Origin: a virus
Strand: one strand, 5' to 3'
DNA: 64,000 bases
Virus record (IMG/VR): IMGVR_UViG_3300017763_000005
Coordinates: 33,607-97,606 of that record
The notes beneath the pieces are model-generated. The model was given only the letters and a program-made list of their open reading frames with translations. It searched no databases and was not told the origin of the DNA. This document shows, piece after piece, positions 25,828 to 34,710 of this stretch. How positions within the stretch are numbered: the stretch's first letter is position 1; the number at the start of each line of letters is the position of its first letter. Both the position numbers and the translations under genes were made by a program.

Positions 25828-26741
25828 ATATTATTTTTAAACACGAATTCAATAGCTCGTGCAGCCTCCTTTTCTAAATCACGTTTTGAATACCAACCAC
25901 CTGTATCAAGATCTAAGTCTCTACAAATGTACTCAATCTCTTTAGGAGTAATTGGATATCCTTTACTCATAGCATTACCTGCTGTTGTTAGCATGATTTG
26001 ATACATCTTAGAGTACCAACCAGTACCAGTAATACCTTTATATTCATCAATCTGTTTTTTGTTTACAAATGGACAATCACGATATGATGTCCAACTAAAG
26101 TTAGTATTATTTAATTCATTGCGTTTTCTTTCAAGTAAAGCTTTTTGTATTGCTTCAGGAAAACGATCGAACATTGTTTGATTAGGTTTGACGTATGGAT
26201 ACTTTTCCATAAGGTCATTTGGATTCATAATATCTCCATCATGAGAGAATATGAAGTTGAAACTGTTTTTATATTTAGCAGGAACATAATACATTCTGCT
26301 TAAGTCTTTGGTTTGAGCATCAGCAATATCGCCAATCTCTTTATTTAAAGCATACCAAAAATGCTTAATATCATCGGTATCTACATTGCATGTCAATGGA
26401 AATACTAAACGAAACTTTGGAGATTCAACTGTAGATGAAGCTGTTGAATAACAAACATAACGATACTTATCATACTTTGATTCGATATCTTTCATATCTC
26501 CTTCATAGTCATCAATATCAAGAATACCAAAGCCACCCCAACCTACAACATTATCGTTTGCACGAGTAGTATCAGGTTGATAAATGGCTGGACTTAAAAG
26601 AGGAGCATCCTTCTTTGTAGGATACTTTGTAGATTCTGATAGCTTATACAGGATAGCCTCGAACTCGTCGAAGCTAGTATAGTCCATACGTTTATCTGTT
26701 TTATTATCGTATATACTATCGAATATCGTTAAACTTACCAT
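25824..26741 (-). CDS. Primase-polymerase (AEP-like) primase
   Basis: LLSPA.Y, R..DNV, LDIDD, YSTASS, KFRLVFPL, DLSRMYYVP. Confidence 0.7.
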   Translation of the reverse strand: MVSLTIFDSIYDNKTDKRMDYTSFDEFEAILYKLSESTKYPTKKDAPLLSPAIYQPDTTRANDNVVGWGGFGILDIDDYEGDMKDIESKYDKYRYVCYSTASSTVESPKFRLVFPLTCNVDTDDIKHFWYALNKEIGDIADAQTKDLSRMYYVPAKYKNSFNFIFSHDGDIMNPNDLMEKYPYVKPNQTMFDRFPEAIQKALLERKRNELNNTNFSWTSYRDCPFVNKKQIDEYKGITGTGWYSKMYQIMLTTAGNAMSKGYPITPKEIEYICRDLDLDTGGWYSKRDLEKEAARAIEFVFKNNI

Positions 26742-27129
26742 GATTGTCTTTGTGACTTGGTGCCTCCCAATCTTCAGGTTTAATTAAGTCTGGTAATCCA
26801 AGTGGATTAGGTCTTTCTGGTTTTACGCCGACTTGTTTATTCATATTTGCTTTAAGTACTTCATCCCATGCTTTATATGGATTAATTCCAAAAGCATCTA
26901 GTGTACCAATTGCTACAACACAAAGATCGATAAGACCATCAACTATTTCTTCTGCATCAGTACTTATAAGTGCTGCTTCAGTTTCATCAAGCTCTTCTCT
27001 TAAGAAGTCAACTCTAAATTGTAAGTATGTACGAAGTTTATCTGGATTTTCTTTGTTTTCTTCCATCCATTTCTTTACACCATACTTATCATGCATGATT
27101 GCAATATCTCTTACCCAATCAAAACTCAT
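26716..27129 (-). CDS. MazG/PRA-PH-like NTP pyrophosphohydrolase (candidate dCTPase/dUTPase)
   Basis: EELDE...EEIVDGLID...ANMNK...KPEDW. Confidence 0.8.
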   Translation of the reverse strand: MSFDWVRDIAIMHDKYGVKKWMEENKENPDKLRTYLQFRVDFLREELDETEAALISTDAEEIVDGLIDLCVVAIGTLDAFGINPYKAWDEVLKANMNKQVGVKPERPNPLGLPDLIKPEDWEAPSHKDNHGKFNDIR

Positions 27130-27290
27130 TTTCTATTGTCCTCTAATTGTAATAGTGTTATCCATATTAATAGCAATAAGAATCCCCACATGCTATTTAG
27201 TGTTTGTAAAAGTGGATACATAAAATCATATCCAAAAAGTACTGAGGATACAACTGTTAATCCAAATATTCCAGTTAATAATCTCATCAT
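27126..27290 (-). CDS. Small membrane protein (not in ORF track)
   Basis: MMRLLTGIFGLTVVSSVLFGYDFMYPLLQTLNSMWGFLLLLIWITLLQLEDNRK*; ATGA overlaps at both ends. Confidence 0.6.
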   Translation of the reverse strand: MMRLLTGIFGLTVVSSVLFGYDFMYPLLQTLNSMWGFLLLLIWITLLQLEDNRK

Positions 27291-27574
27291 GTTATAATTT
27301 TGTTCTTAGGTGCAACAAGTCCAGTATCCATTTGCCTTACCTGATCGACTAACTCGTCGACTGGATCAACTGTGAATACAATAAAGTTTTTAGGAATAGT
27401 GATTCCATCTTTTGCTTTTGTATAAGCCATGAAAGGCATAAATCCAATTTTGCCTTCACCAGCTGGTATTAAAGAATAGCCATCAGTAATAGTAACATCG
27501 CTGCCATTATCTACTACTTTGCCAATTACTTCCTCTCCTGAGGATAATCTTACTAGTTTCATATTTTTCTCCAT
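27287..27574 (-). CDS. Sm-like protein
   Basis: KLVRLSSGEEVIG pattern common in T4-like phages. Confidence 0.75.
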   Translation of the reverse strand: MEKNMKLVRLSSGEEVIGKVVDNGSDVTITDGYSLIPAGEGKIGFMPFMAYTKAKDGITIPKNFIVFTVDPVDELVDQVRQMDTGLVAPKNKIIT

Positions 27575-27582
27575 AGGTATAT

Positions 27583-27612
27583 ATTATACCATACTTTTAG
27601 TAATTTGTAAAC
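27583..27612 (-). promoter_or_regulatory. Early promoter
   Basis: GTTTACA-N17-TATAAT. Confidence 0.8.
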
Positions 27613-27616
27613 GTTT

Positions 27617-30148
27617 TTATCCAAAAAAATCCTCAAGGCTTGCGACTTCTTTTGAGTTCCAGCCAACTGCATCCAATATTGGTTCAATTGGATCGAGGAA
27701 AGTTTTTTGAAATTGTATCTCATGATCAATATATTTTCTTAAGCCAAACTCTTCAGGAAGATAGTCTGGAAAAGCAATTACATTTTCATGAATTGAATTT
27801 GGTTGACGAAGATATAAGAACTTAATCTTTTCGCCATTATTGATTGGTTCATATTTCTTTTTAAGTTGCATATCTTCTACAAGTTTGTTATATAGAATAG
27901 AACCACGAACATGAATAGGTGTACCTTTTTTATAGAGAGTATTTCTATCCTGCCATTTGCGAACTTGAGTTACGCCTCTTGGAAAGGCAATCTCGTCTGG
28001 TTCAAGCGTTTTAAAATAGTTTTTGAATTGTTCGATTGCTTGTTGAACTGATGACTCATCTTCTTTCATGATAACGTGAAAGATCTTTTTAAGAGCTTCA
28101 CGACATGGAGCTGGTGTAGAAGACTTAATAGCTTCAATACCCATAATTTTGAGTTTTGGTTCAGCATATCTTACGCCTTCGTTGTCATGTACATTCATAA
28201 TATATCGTTTCTTTGCAGTCCAAAGAGCACGATCAGCAATTGCTTCACGTTTCATGACCATACGATTATCTACACCGCCTAATATATCATAGAGTTCAGC
28301 ATAAGACTTTTCAAGCTCTGGTTCCAAAGCATCTTGGCAAACTTTATCTAAGAAATCGATTGGATTGTTTGGTTGTACCTTTTTGACGAGATCGTCTAAG
28401 CTAACATACAACGAGTCGGTGTCGATTGCAACGATATAATCTTTCCAGTCTCTGTTTTGGAGCACTCGATTGAGGTAGGAGTTAAGCGCATATTCGGCCC
28501 ATCGTATTGTAAGTTGTCCGGTGAGGGTAATTGCTTCTGCGATTCGTTGGTCAAAAAAGCGAAAGTAGCGATTCCCCATAGCACCATACAAGCTATTAAG
28601 GAGAATCTTAATCGACATTTGTCTGTTTTCTGCGATTGCAATATCTCTTTCGATTCGATACATTTCTTGTTTATCATTTTTATCTACCTTTTGTAATTCT
28701 TTTTGAGCATCAATCATTTGTTGCTTGATTTCTACACGTTCTTTATACATCTCATCGATAATAAATGGAACAATACCTTGTCGATCAGTTCGAAAATATT
28801 GGCCATTTGCAGCAAGAGCTTTACCACGATTGTCAGGACGAGTAGATTTAGTAAGAACATTTTCAATATCAAACTGAGTAATCTCTCCATTGGCAATCGT
28901 TTCTGGCGACATGTTGTATTGCATAATGATTGATGGATATAGTGAGTTAAGATCAAACGATACAATATTGTCATGTATTCCTACATGAGGATCTTTTACA
29001 AACCCGCCAGGATAAGCTGACTTTGTTTTATCTTCGATAAATGGAACAACGATATTGTTTGCAAACAGTTTACGATATATAATCGTATCCCATATCAATG
29101 TTGTACCAAACGTGTCATTATAGTTTACGCCACCTTTATATGCCATTGTCATGCAAAGTGTAATTAATCCAAGCTTATCTTCGATACGATCTACAAGCTC
29201 AACGTCTTTGATATTATAGTCAATAAACTTTTGATGATTATGTTTGTAAAGAGTATGAAGATTAGAATACTCTTCGTATGAGAGTTTCTTTTCGCCAAGT
29301 ACAACATGAGCAATATGATCAAGTTTATACGACTCTTGTGGACCATATGAATAACCAAACTTTTTAAATAAGTCAAGATAATCTAATTGAGATATACCTT
29401 TAAGCTCATAAGCAGTTTGAGTTCTACCCATCTTAGTTATTTCTTGTCTGTCAACCATACCCCAAGGACTTAGCCTTTTGACATATGATTCGCCAAGCAT
29501 ACGATTAATACGATTGACAAGATATGGAATATCAAAGAACCTTGTATTCCAGCCAGTAACAACGTCTGGACTATATTGTTGAGAAGACCAATGAGTAATA
29601 AAGTTAATAAGCAAATCGTCTTCACGATCAAACTTACGATATACAACCATGTGATCTTTCATGTATGATTGTTCAGTGTCATAGTCGCCAAGTCCCCATA
29701 CGTAATATGTTCCACCAATATTACTTTTCATTGCAATCGATATAACTTTATGATCAGCCTTTTCTGGCTCAGGGAATCCATCATCGGATGCGACTTCGAT
29801 ATCGATTGTGGTTACGTTGATTTTATTACGATTGAATTCAACTTCACCTGGGTAATAGTCATTGATAAAAGCAGGAATATACTTTGTATTTCCATAGATT
29901 GTTTTACCTGAGACTCCTTTGTTTGCAGTAACGTATTCGTTAGCTGCTCTCATAGATTCGAATCTCTTACCAGCATTAGCTACGCCGACAGGAGTTCCAT
30001 CTAGAGCTTTCCAATTTGTTTTTAGATTTGTGGATGTAAAAAGGATTGGTTCGTATTTGATTTTCTTTTCGATTCTTCGACCATGATCATATCCTCGTAA
30101 AAGAATTTGATTGCCATATCGAGAAACGTTAGTATAGAATTGCAACAT
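27617..30148 (-). CDS. 43: Family B DNA polymerase (T4 gp43)
   Basis: DIEV exonuclease, SFDLNSLYPS, KILLNSLYG, IDTDS, C-terminal SLEDFFG. Confidence 0.98.
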   Translation of the reverse strand: MLQFYTNVSRYGNQILLRGYDHGRRIEKKIKYEPILFTSTNLKTNWKALDGTPVGVANAGKRFESMRAANEYVTANKGVSGKTIYGNTKYIPAFINDYYPGEVEFNRNKINVTTIDIEVASDDGFPEPEKADHKVISIAMKSNIGGTYYVWGLGDYDTEQSYMKDHMVVYRKFDREDDLLINFITHWSSQQYSPDVVTGWNTRFFDIPYLVNRINRMLGESYVKRLSPWGMVDRQEITKMGRTQTAYELKGISQLDYLDLFKKFGYSYGPQESYKLDHIAHVVLGEKKLSYEEYSNLHTLYKHNHQKFIDYNIKDVELVDRIEDKLGLITLCMTMAYKGGVNYNDTFGTTLIWDTIIYRKLFANNIVVPFIEDKTKSAYPGGFVKDPHVGIHDNIVSFDLNSLYPSIIMQYNMSPETIANGEITQFDIENVLTKSTRPDNRGKALAANGQYFRTDRQGIVPFIIDEMYKERVEIKQQMIDAQKELQKVDKNDKQEMYRIERDIAIAENRQMSIKILLNSLYGAMGNRYFRFFDQRIAEAITLTGQLTIRWAEYALNSYLNRVLQNRDWKDYIVAIDTDSLYVSLDDLVKKVQPNNPIDFLDKVCQDALEPELEKSYAELYDILGGVDNRMVMKREAIADRALWTAKKRYIMNVHDNEGVRYAEPKLKIMGIEAIKSSTPAPCREALKKIFHVIMKEDESSVQQAIEQFKNYFKTLEPDEIAFPRGVTQVRKWQDRNTLYKKGTPIHVRGSILYNKLVEDMQLKKKYEPINNGEKIKFLYLRQPNSIHENVIAFPDYLPEEFGLRKYIDHEIQFQKTFLDPIEPILDAVGWNSKEVASLEDFFG

Positions 30149-30154
30149 GTATAT

Positions 30155-30184
30155 ATTATACCATAGTTTTGTACGTTTGTAAAC
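30155..30184 (-). promoter_or_regulatory. Early promoter, leaderless gp43 mRNA
   Basis: GTTTACA-N17-TATAAT-ATATAC-ATG. Confidence 0.85.
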
Positions 30185-30204
30185 GTTTTATTTCAATTAT
30201 TTTC

Positions 30205-30233
30205 AATAAGGTTGGGGGAGTTATTCCTCCCCC
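30205..30233 (-). terminator. Putative terminator hairpin
   Basis: GGGGGAG-GAATAA-CTCCCCC with a weak T-rich tail. Confidence 0.6.
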
Positions 30234-30254
30234 GCATGATTTTCATTTTGAGAC

Positions 30255-30395
30255 TTAAATGCTAGCCACTTGAGCAATCATTATAGCTGGTGCTAATCCT
30301 AAGATTAACGTAGTTACAATAATGCTAATTGTAGCTGTCTTTAAGGTCTCGGCAACGTCATCATATTTTTCAGCAAAGCTTATTATATGTTTCAT
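30255..30395 (-). CDS. Small membrane peptide downstream of hsp20 (not in ORF track)
   Basis: MKHIISFAEKYDDVAETLKTATISIIVTTLILGLAPAIMIAQVASI*; GGAG RBS. Confidence 0.6.
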   Translation of the reverse strand: MKHIISFAEKYDDVAETLKTATISIIVTTLILGLAPAIMIAQVASI

Positions 30396-30450
30396 GTTGT
30401 TCTCCAGTAAATAGTTGTTACTTATCTACTGAGTGTCGCTGCTCGCCAGT

Positions 30451-30906
30451 CTATCCTTTCAGATATTCTTTCTTCTTTGATGCCCCAGCAGACCCTAATT
30501 TGATCTTCCTAGGACGCTTTTCTTCTGGGAGTTCTACTCTGGCATACACCACTAGTATTCCATCCTTAAGATCAGCACCGTCAATTACAACAAATTCAGA
30601 GAGTCGGAAGGACTTCTCAAATTTGCGGGACGATATACCTTTAAATGCAAAGTCACGTTCGTCTTTACCCATTTCACCAGATATTTTTAGGATTCCATCT
30701 TTGACTTCAACACTAATGTCTTCATCTTTGAATCCAGCAACCGCTAGTTCGATTAAGAATTTCTCCTCATCGATTCTTACGATGTTATGTGGTGGATAGT
30801 TATCAGTTCCAGATCTAGCACTTTGATGAATCCTTTCCAGGTCTTCAAATAAAGTATCAAATCCAACGAATAGTGAACGAGGCACGTTCAAGTTATTTCT
30901 TACCAT
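30451..30906 (-). CDS. hsp20: Small heat shock protein
   Basis: NYPPHNI, ELAVAGF, KGISSRKF, A.LKDGIL; IbpA-like. Confidence 0.95.
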   Translation of the reverse strand: MVRNNLNVPRSLFVGFDTLFEDLERIHQSARSGTDNYPPHNIVRIDEEKFLIELAVAGFKDEDISVEVKDGILKISGEMGKDERDFAFKGISSRKFEKSFRLSEFVVIDGADLKDGILVVYARVELPEEKRPRKIKLGSAGASKKKEYLKG

Positions 30907-30979
30907 TTTAATTCCTCCTATATAATAGCAAGGTTGTTTGTGATCCGGTCCAATACCGCAATCATCAATTATATTTATA
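30907..30979 (-). promoter_or_regulatory. Late promoter and ROSE-like RNA-thermometer leader of hsp20
   Basis: TATAAATA at 30972-30979; CCTTGCT pairs with AGGAGG SD leaving a bulged G. Confidence 0.6.
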
Positions 30980-30996
30980 ATAGCTTAGACACTACT

Positions 30997-31143
30997 TTAA
31001 ATAATTTGTGTAAATATACCAACTATTAATCCAGCTGTAAACATTACTAGATATCCTAATAGAGTTAATTGATCGTCTATCATTTTGTTTTTTGGTATAA
31101 GTTTTAAGTTTTTTAGTTCTTTTATTGTTTGCTTTCCTGTCAT
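30997..31143 (-). CDS. Small protein with C-terminal TM (not in ORF track)
   Basis: MTGKQTIKELKNLKLIPKNKMIDDQLTLLGYLVMFTAGLIVGIFTQII*; ATGA overlap with regA. Confidence 0.5.
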   Translation of the reverse strand: MTGKQTIKELKNLKLIPKNKMIDDQLTLLGYLVMFTAGLIVGIFTQII

Positions 31144-31568
31144 TCCTGCTTTTGAGTGTTCCCAATATTATATTTTGGACAGAGCTCCCATTGTGATTTC
31201 TCCTTAAAGGGGATCACCTTAATTTGTCTTAATGGAGCAATATCTTTTGCTTTCTCAGGATTAACTATTGATATAAGTCCCCAATCAGCAAGTAATGTTG
31301 ATATTGTGTTTCTACGTTGTATATCGTTTTCTAATAAATTAGATGGCTTACCATCTAATAGAAAGAGCTCTTTAAAATGGACGATGAAGTATCTGCCTTG
31401 CTTATGTAATATATGACAAGACTGAAATAGCTTTTGGTCCTTTCGTGATGCGACTCCAATACGTGTTAATGTTTCACGTATTTTTAAAAAGTCGTCTGGT
31501 TCGTTGAGAGTAACTTCAAGCATACTGCTTGGAGTCCAATCTGTGATTTGTATGTTATCGTTTTCCAC
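31140..31568 (-). CDS. regA: Translational repressor RegA
   Basis: DDFLKIRETLTRIGVAS, QSCHILHKQGRYFIVHFKELF. Confidence 0.97.
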   Translation of the reverse strand: MENDNIQITDWTPSSMLEVTLNEPDDFLKIRETLTRIGVASRKDQKLFQSCHILHKQGRYFIVHFKELFLLDGKPSNLLENDIQRRNTISTLLADWGLISIVNPEKAKDIAPLRQIKVIPFKEKSQWELCPKYNIGNTQKQE

Positions 31569-31932
31569 CTTTATAAATCCTTTGTTTCAATTGTTCAATT
31601 TGTTCATGACTCATTAATGATAATGCAGATTTAGCCTTTTCATTACTATATCCATAATATTCTTTGATGAGTTCGAGATTGTCGACTTCACTGGCCTTAA
31701 TCCATTTGGACCATCTCTTCTTCTTCCTTATTATATTTATAAAAAAATCGAACTGAAGGCGACTATCTAGGTGATGAAAACGATTCATTTCATTAGCAAA
31801 GAGGATAGTATCTTGAAAATGCGATAATCCACGATTAATAATAAATGAGTTATACTCTTTTTCAGCAATATCATCTACCATGATATCTTTCTTAGATTCG
31901 TTAATTGCTTTTAAATATTCAAATGGATTCAT
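31555..31932 (-). CDS. 62: Clamp loader small subunit (gp62)
   Basis: INRGLS, ANEMN, YYGYSNEKA. Confidence 0.93.
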   Translation of the reverse strand: MNPFEYLKAINESKKDIMVDDIAEKEYNSFIINRGLSHFQDTILFANEMNRFHHLDSRLQFDFFINIIRKKKRWSKWIKASEVDNLELIKEYYGYSNEKAKSALSLMSHEQIEQLKQRIYKGGKR

Positions 31933-32131
31933 TTTCGTTTATGTAAACTCTTGCTTGTTTTTCTGAGTCAAAGATTCTTTCGTATTTTACTTCATTATCT
32001 TCAAATCGAACGACTCTCCATCTTGTGACTTCTAAATCGTACATTACTGGCCACATTTGGTATTTTGTTATAACTTCTTCTTCTGCTTCAAATGTGCCAT
32101 TATGTAGGTTATGAATAAATTTCTTAATCAT
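31919..32131 (-). CDS. Hypothetical protein
   Basis: 70-aa ORF coupled between gp44 and gp62. Confidence 0.6.
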   Translation of the reverse strand: MIKKFIHNLHNGTFEAEEEVITKYQMWPVMYDLEVTRWRVVRFEDNEVKYERIFDSEKQARVYINENESI

Positions 32132-33063
32132 TTGAATTTGACTCCTGCCATTACTTCAGTTAAACATGCAACCATATTCAATTCATGGTCAGCAACAAAA
32201 CTGTTTTTATATTGATAATCTGCCAAGATCAAAACCAATTGTGGTATTGATTGTGGCTCTACGAATTCGTTCATGTTATCGTATATTTTACGAAACATCG
32301 ATGCTGGTTCAGTGTCAATGTTATCTGCAACCCATTGTCTCATCTGTTTAAAGTTTTTAATTTTAAGAGAATTCATCAGAGTATCTAACGATATATCCGT
32401 TGCGTTTGCAAGTATTCCACTATCAATCTTACCAAAGTTAGAGTATCTTTGTAACTCATTTAATGTTCTACGAAAGTCTGGAAAGTATTTAATAATCAGT
32501 TCAGCAAGAACAGCTGGATCTGAATTGATATTTTCAACTGATAATATTTGCTGTACTCTTTGCATGAACATACCAGCCAAAGCATCTCTTTCTTTCTTTG
32601 GCATAGCAAATTCAATAACACTACATCTTGAATGTAATGGTTCAATAACACGATTTTTAAAGTTGCATGTTAATATAAACCTACAGTTAGCTGAAAACTC
32701 TTCAATAAATCCACGCAAAGCTGGTTGAGTGGATTGTGGATTAAGGTAGTCCGCTTCGTCTAAGATGACGACTTTGTAGCCGCCTGATAAGGAAACTGAC
32801 GAAGCGAACTGTTTGATTTTATTTCTAAGTGTATCAATGCCTGATTCTTCTGATCCATTAATAATAATGTAATCTAAATCAAGTTCATTACAAAGCGCAC
32901 GAGCAACTGTGGTTTTACCTGTACCCGCTGTTCCAGTGAGCATCATATTTTGAAGCTCACCACCTGAAACTATGTTTGCAAATGTTTTAGTTAAGTCTTG
33001 AGAGAGTATACACTCTTCGATTTTCTTTGGTCTATACTTTTCAACCCATAGGAATTCATTCAT
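32128..33063 (-). CDS. 44: Clamp loader large subunit (gp44)
   Basis: LWVEKYRP, GTAGTGKTT, ILDEAD, SRC. Confidence 0.97.
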   Translation of the reverse strand: MNEFLWVEKYRPKKIEECILSQDLTKTFANIVSGGELQNMMLTGTAGTGKTTVARALCNELDLDYIIINGSEESGIDTLRNKIKQFASSVSLSGGYKVVILDEADYLNPQSTQPALRGFIEEFSANCRFILTCNFKNRVIEPLHSRCSVIEFAMPKKERDALAGMFMQRVQQILSVENINSDPAVLAELIIKYFPDFRRTLNELQRYSNFGKIDSGILANATDISLDTLMNSLKIKNFKQMRQWVADNIDTEPASMFRKIYDNMNEFVEPQSIPQLVLILADYQYKNSFVADHELNMVACLTEVMAGVKFK

Positions 33064-33319
33064 TGATTACCTCCCATGATTCAACTGTATCAAGTCTAAA
33101 TGATCTCCAAGCATCTTTGTCAAGAGACCAGACTGGAAACGCTTCCATCTCATTAGCTGAATAATTAATAGTAGATGATATTCCATTATCTTTTAAGATG
33201 TCAACATTTAATGTACAAGGCATAACTCTTATTTCGCCTGTATCGATTTTTTTAAATGTGACTGTGACTTGCCCTTTTTGTAAAGCCTCAAGCAATTTGG
33301 CTCTTTCATTTGTTTTCAT
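33056..33319 (-). CDS. Conserved hypothetical protein (WYL/SH3-like)
   Basis: VTFKK..GE.R.M.CTL...AWRSFR. Confidence 0.75.
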   Translation of the reverse strand: MKTNERAKLLEALQKGQVTVTFKKIDTGEIRVMPCTLNVDILKDNGISSTINYSANEMEAFPVWSLDKDAWRSFRLDTVESWEVINE

Positions 33320-33340
33320 AATATATCCTATAATAAATGT

Positions 33341-33359
33341 GAGGGGAATTCCACCCCTC
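33341..33359 (-). other. Intergenic hairpin (terminator or processing site)
   Basis: GAGGGG-TGGAATT-CCCCTC. Confidence 0.5.
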
Positions 33360-33364
33360 TATGA

Positions 33365-33619
33365 TTAAGACTCTTCAGTTGATTCAACTTCAGGTACTTC
33401 ACCTTCTGGTTGATCTTCACCTTTTGGAGCAGCAGCTTCTAAGAATTTTACAACTCTATTTCTTAAGCTTCCAACTGCTTCAAGTTCAGGACCTTCAAAC
33501 CCGCCTCTCTTTGAACACAAATCAATGATTTGTACCATAGTGGCGATATCTTGAAGACCAAGCTGAACTGGTTCTTCTACTACAGTCTCAACGTTTTCGT
33601 TATTCACGTCTTCTGACAT
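33365..33619 (-). CDS. Acidic hypothetical protein
   Basis: IIDLCSKRGGF.G.EL..VG motif; AGGAG RBS; late promoter at 33688-33695. Confidence 0.75.
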   Translation of the reverse strand: MSEDVNNENVETVVEEPVQLGLQDIATMVQIIDLCSKRGGFEGPELEAVGSLRNRVVKFLEAAAPKGEDQPEGEVPEVESTEES

Positions 33620-33690
33620 AATCTTCTCCTATGCATAGTTACGAAATAAAGAAGACCCGACCATCGGCATCTTCCATTCCTACAATATAT

Positions 33691-34362
33691 TTATACATTG
33701 TAGCTTGAGTTTTTCTCAAGAGCGATAAAATAATCCACTGGATAGTTACTGTTAGTCCAGTTAGAGATTAGCTTTGAGCTTATGCTTACAAAGTAATCGC
33801 CTGGTAGTAACTTCAAGTTTGGAATACTTACCACGAAGTTAAATTCATTTTTACATGAATTGTCTTTATCTAGTTCAATCTCAAACACGTTTGAAGTTGA
33901 GTCTCTTGTATCTAATACAGAAGCTTCAATTATTCCATTGTTGCCTGTGATTGCTAGTTCAGTATGACCTAAAACAGCTGCAGCTTTTCGAATCTGATTT
34001 AGTTTATCTTCTTCGATATTAACTCCAAGCTCTGGATCAGGCATCTGAATTTCTTTTTGAGGTGTGGTTAGGATATCGCTTTCAGAAAAGAAATATCTAA
34101 TCTTTTGTCCACTACCTTGAATTAATACTGACTTGTCTTCGAACTGTAAAGTTGGTTGGTCAATCAAACTTAAGACTGATAAGAATTCATTTAAGTCATA
34201 GACTCCAAACTCTTGTGGAAAGTCTTCTACAATAGTTGCTGATGCAAGAATCGTTTTAGACTCTGAAATTGTCTTTAATTTTTGACCTGGTTGAAATACC
34301 AAGTTAGGATTAATTGTTGCGAAGTTTTTTAACACATTCACGGTGTCATTTGATAGATTCAT
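33691..34362 (-). CDS. 45: Sliding clamp (gp45)
   Basis: LKNFATINPN, FGVYDLNEFL, NLKLLPGDY, YFIALE. Confidence 0.96.
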   Translation of the reverse strand: MNLSNDTVNVLKNFATINPNLVFQPGQKLKTISESKTILASATIVEDFPQEFGVYDLNEFLSVLSLIDQPTLQFEDKSVLIQGSGQKIRYFFSESDILTTPQKEIQMPDPELGVNIEEDKLNQIRKAAAVLGHTELAITGNNGIIEASVLDTRDSTSNVFEIELDKDNSCKNEFNFVVSIPNLKLLPGDYFVSISSKLISNWTNSNYPVDYFIALEKNSSYNV

Positions 34363-34381
34363 ATTTTCTCCATAATAATAT

Positions 34382-34411
34382 ATTATACCATACTTTCATC
34401 GTTATGTAAAC
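34382..34411 (-). promoter_or_regulatory. Early promoter for gp45
   Basis: GTTTACA-N17-TATAAT. Confidence 0.8.
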
Positions 34412-34413
34412 GA

Positions 34414-34710
34414 TTATTTTTGATTTTTGTCATGACAGTCTAAAGCGATAATAGCATAATGCAAAATCTTTAAAAGATCAGCTCTATTATGTCCTTCTTT
34501 CTTACCATATCTTTGAGCGTACTTAAGTACATTACCCAAAGAAAATCCCATACCATGACCACAATCAATAATGAATTCAGTTGATTGAAACTGATTTTTT
34601 GAATAGTGGCCGCCGTAAGTTTTATCAATATAAGCTTGAAGCTCTGTAATCAGAGCTTTCTCATTAAACTTATAGTCAATTTGCTTAGATGATTTTTTAA
34701 ACATCATCAT
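34414..34710 (-). CDS. DUF3310-like protein
   Basis: HYS...GF.LGNVLKYAQRYGKK...DLLKILHY. Confidence 0.8.
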   Translation of the reverse strand: MMMFKKSSKQIDYKFNEKALITELQAYIDKTYGGHYSKNQFQSTEFIIDCGHGMGFSLGNVLKYAQRYGKKEGHNRADLLKILHYAIIALDCHDKNQK

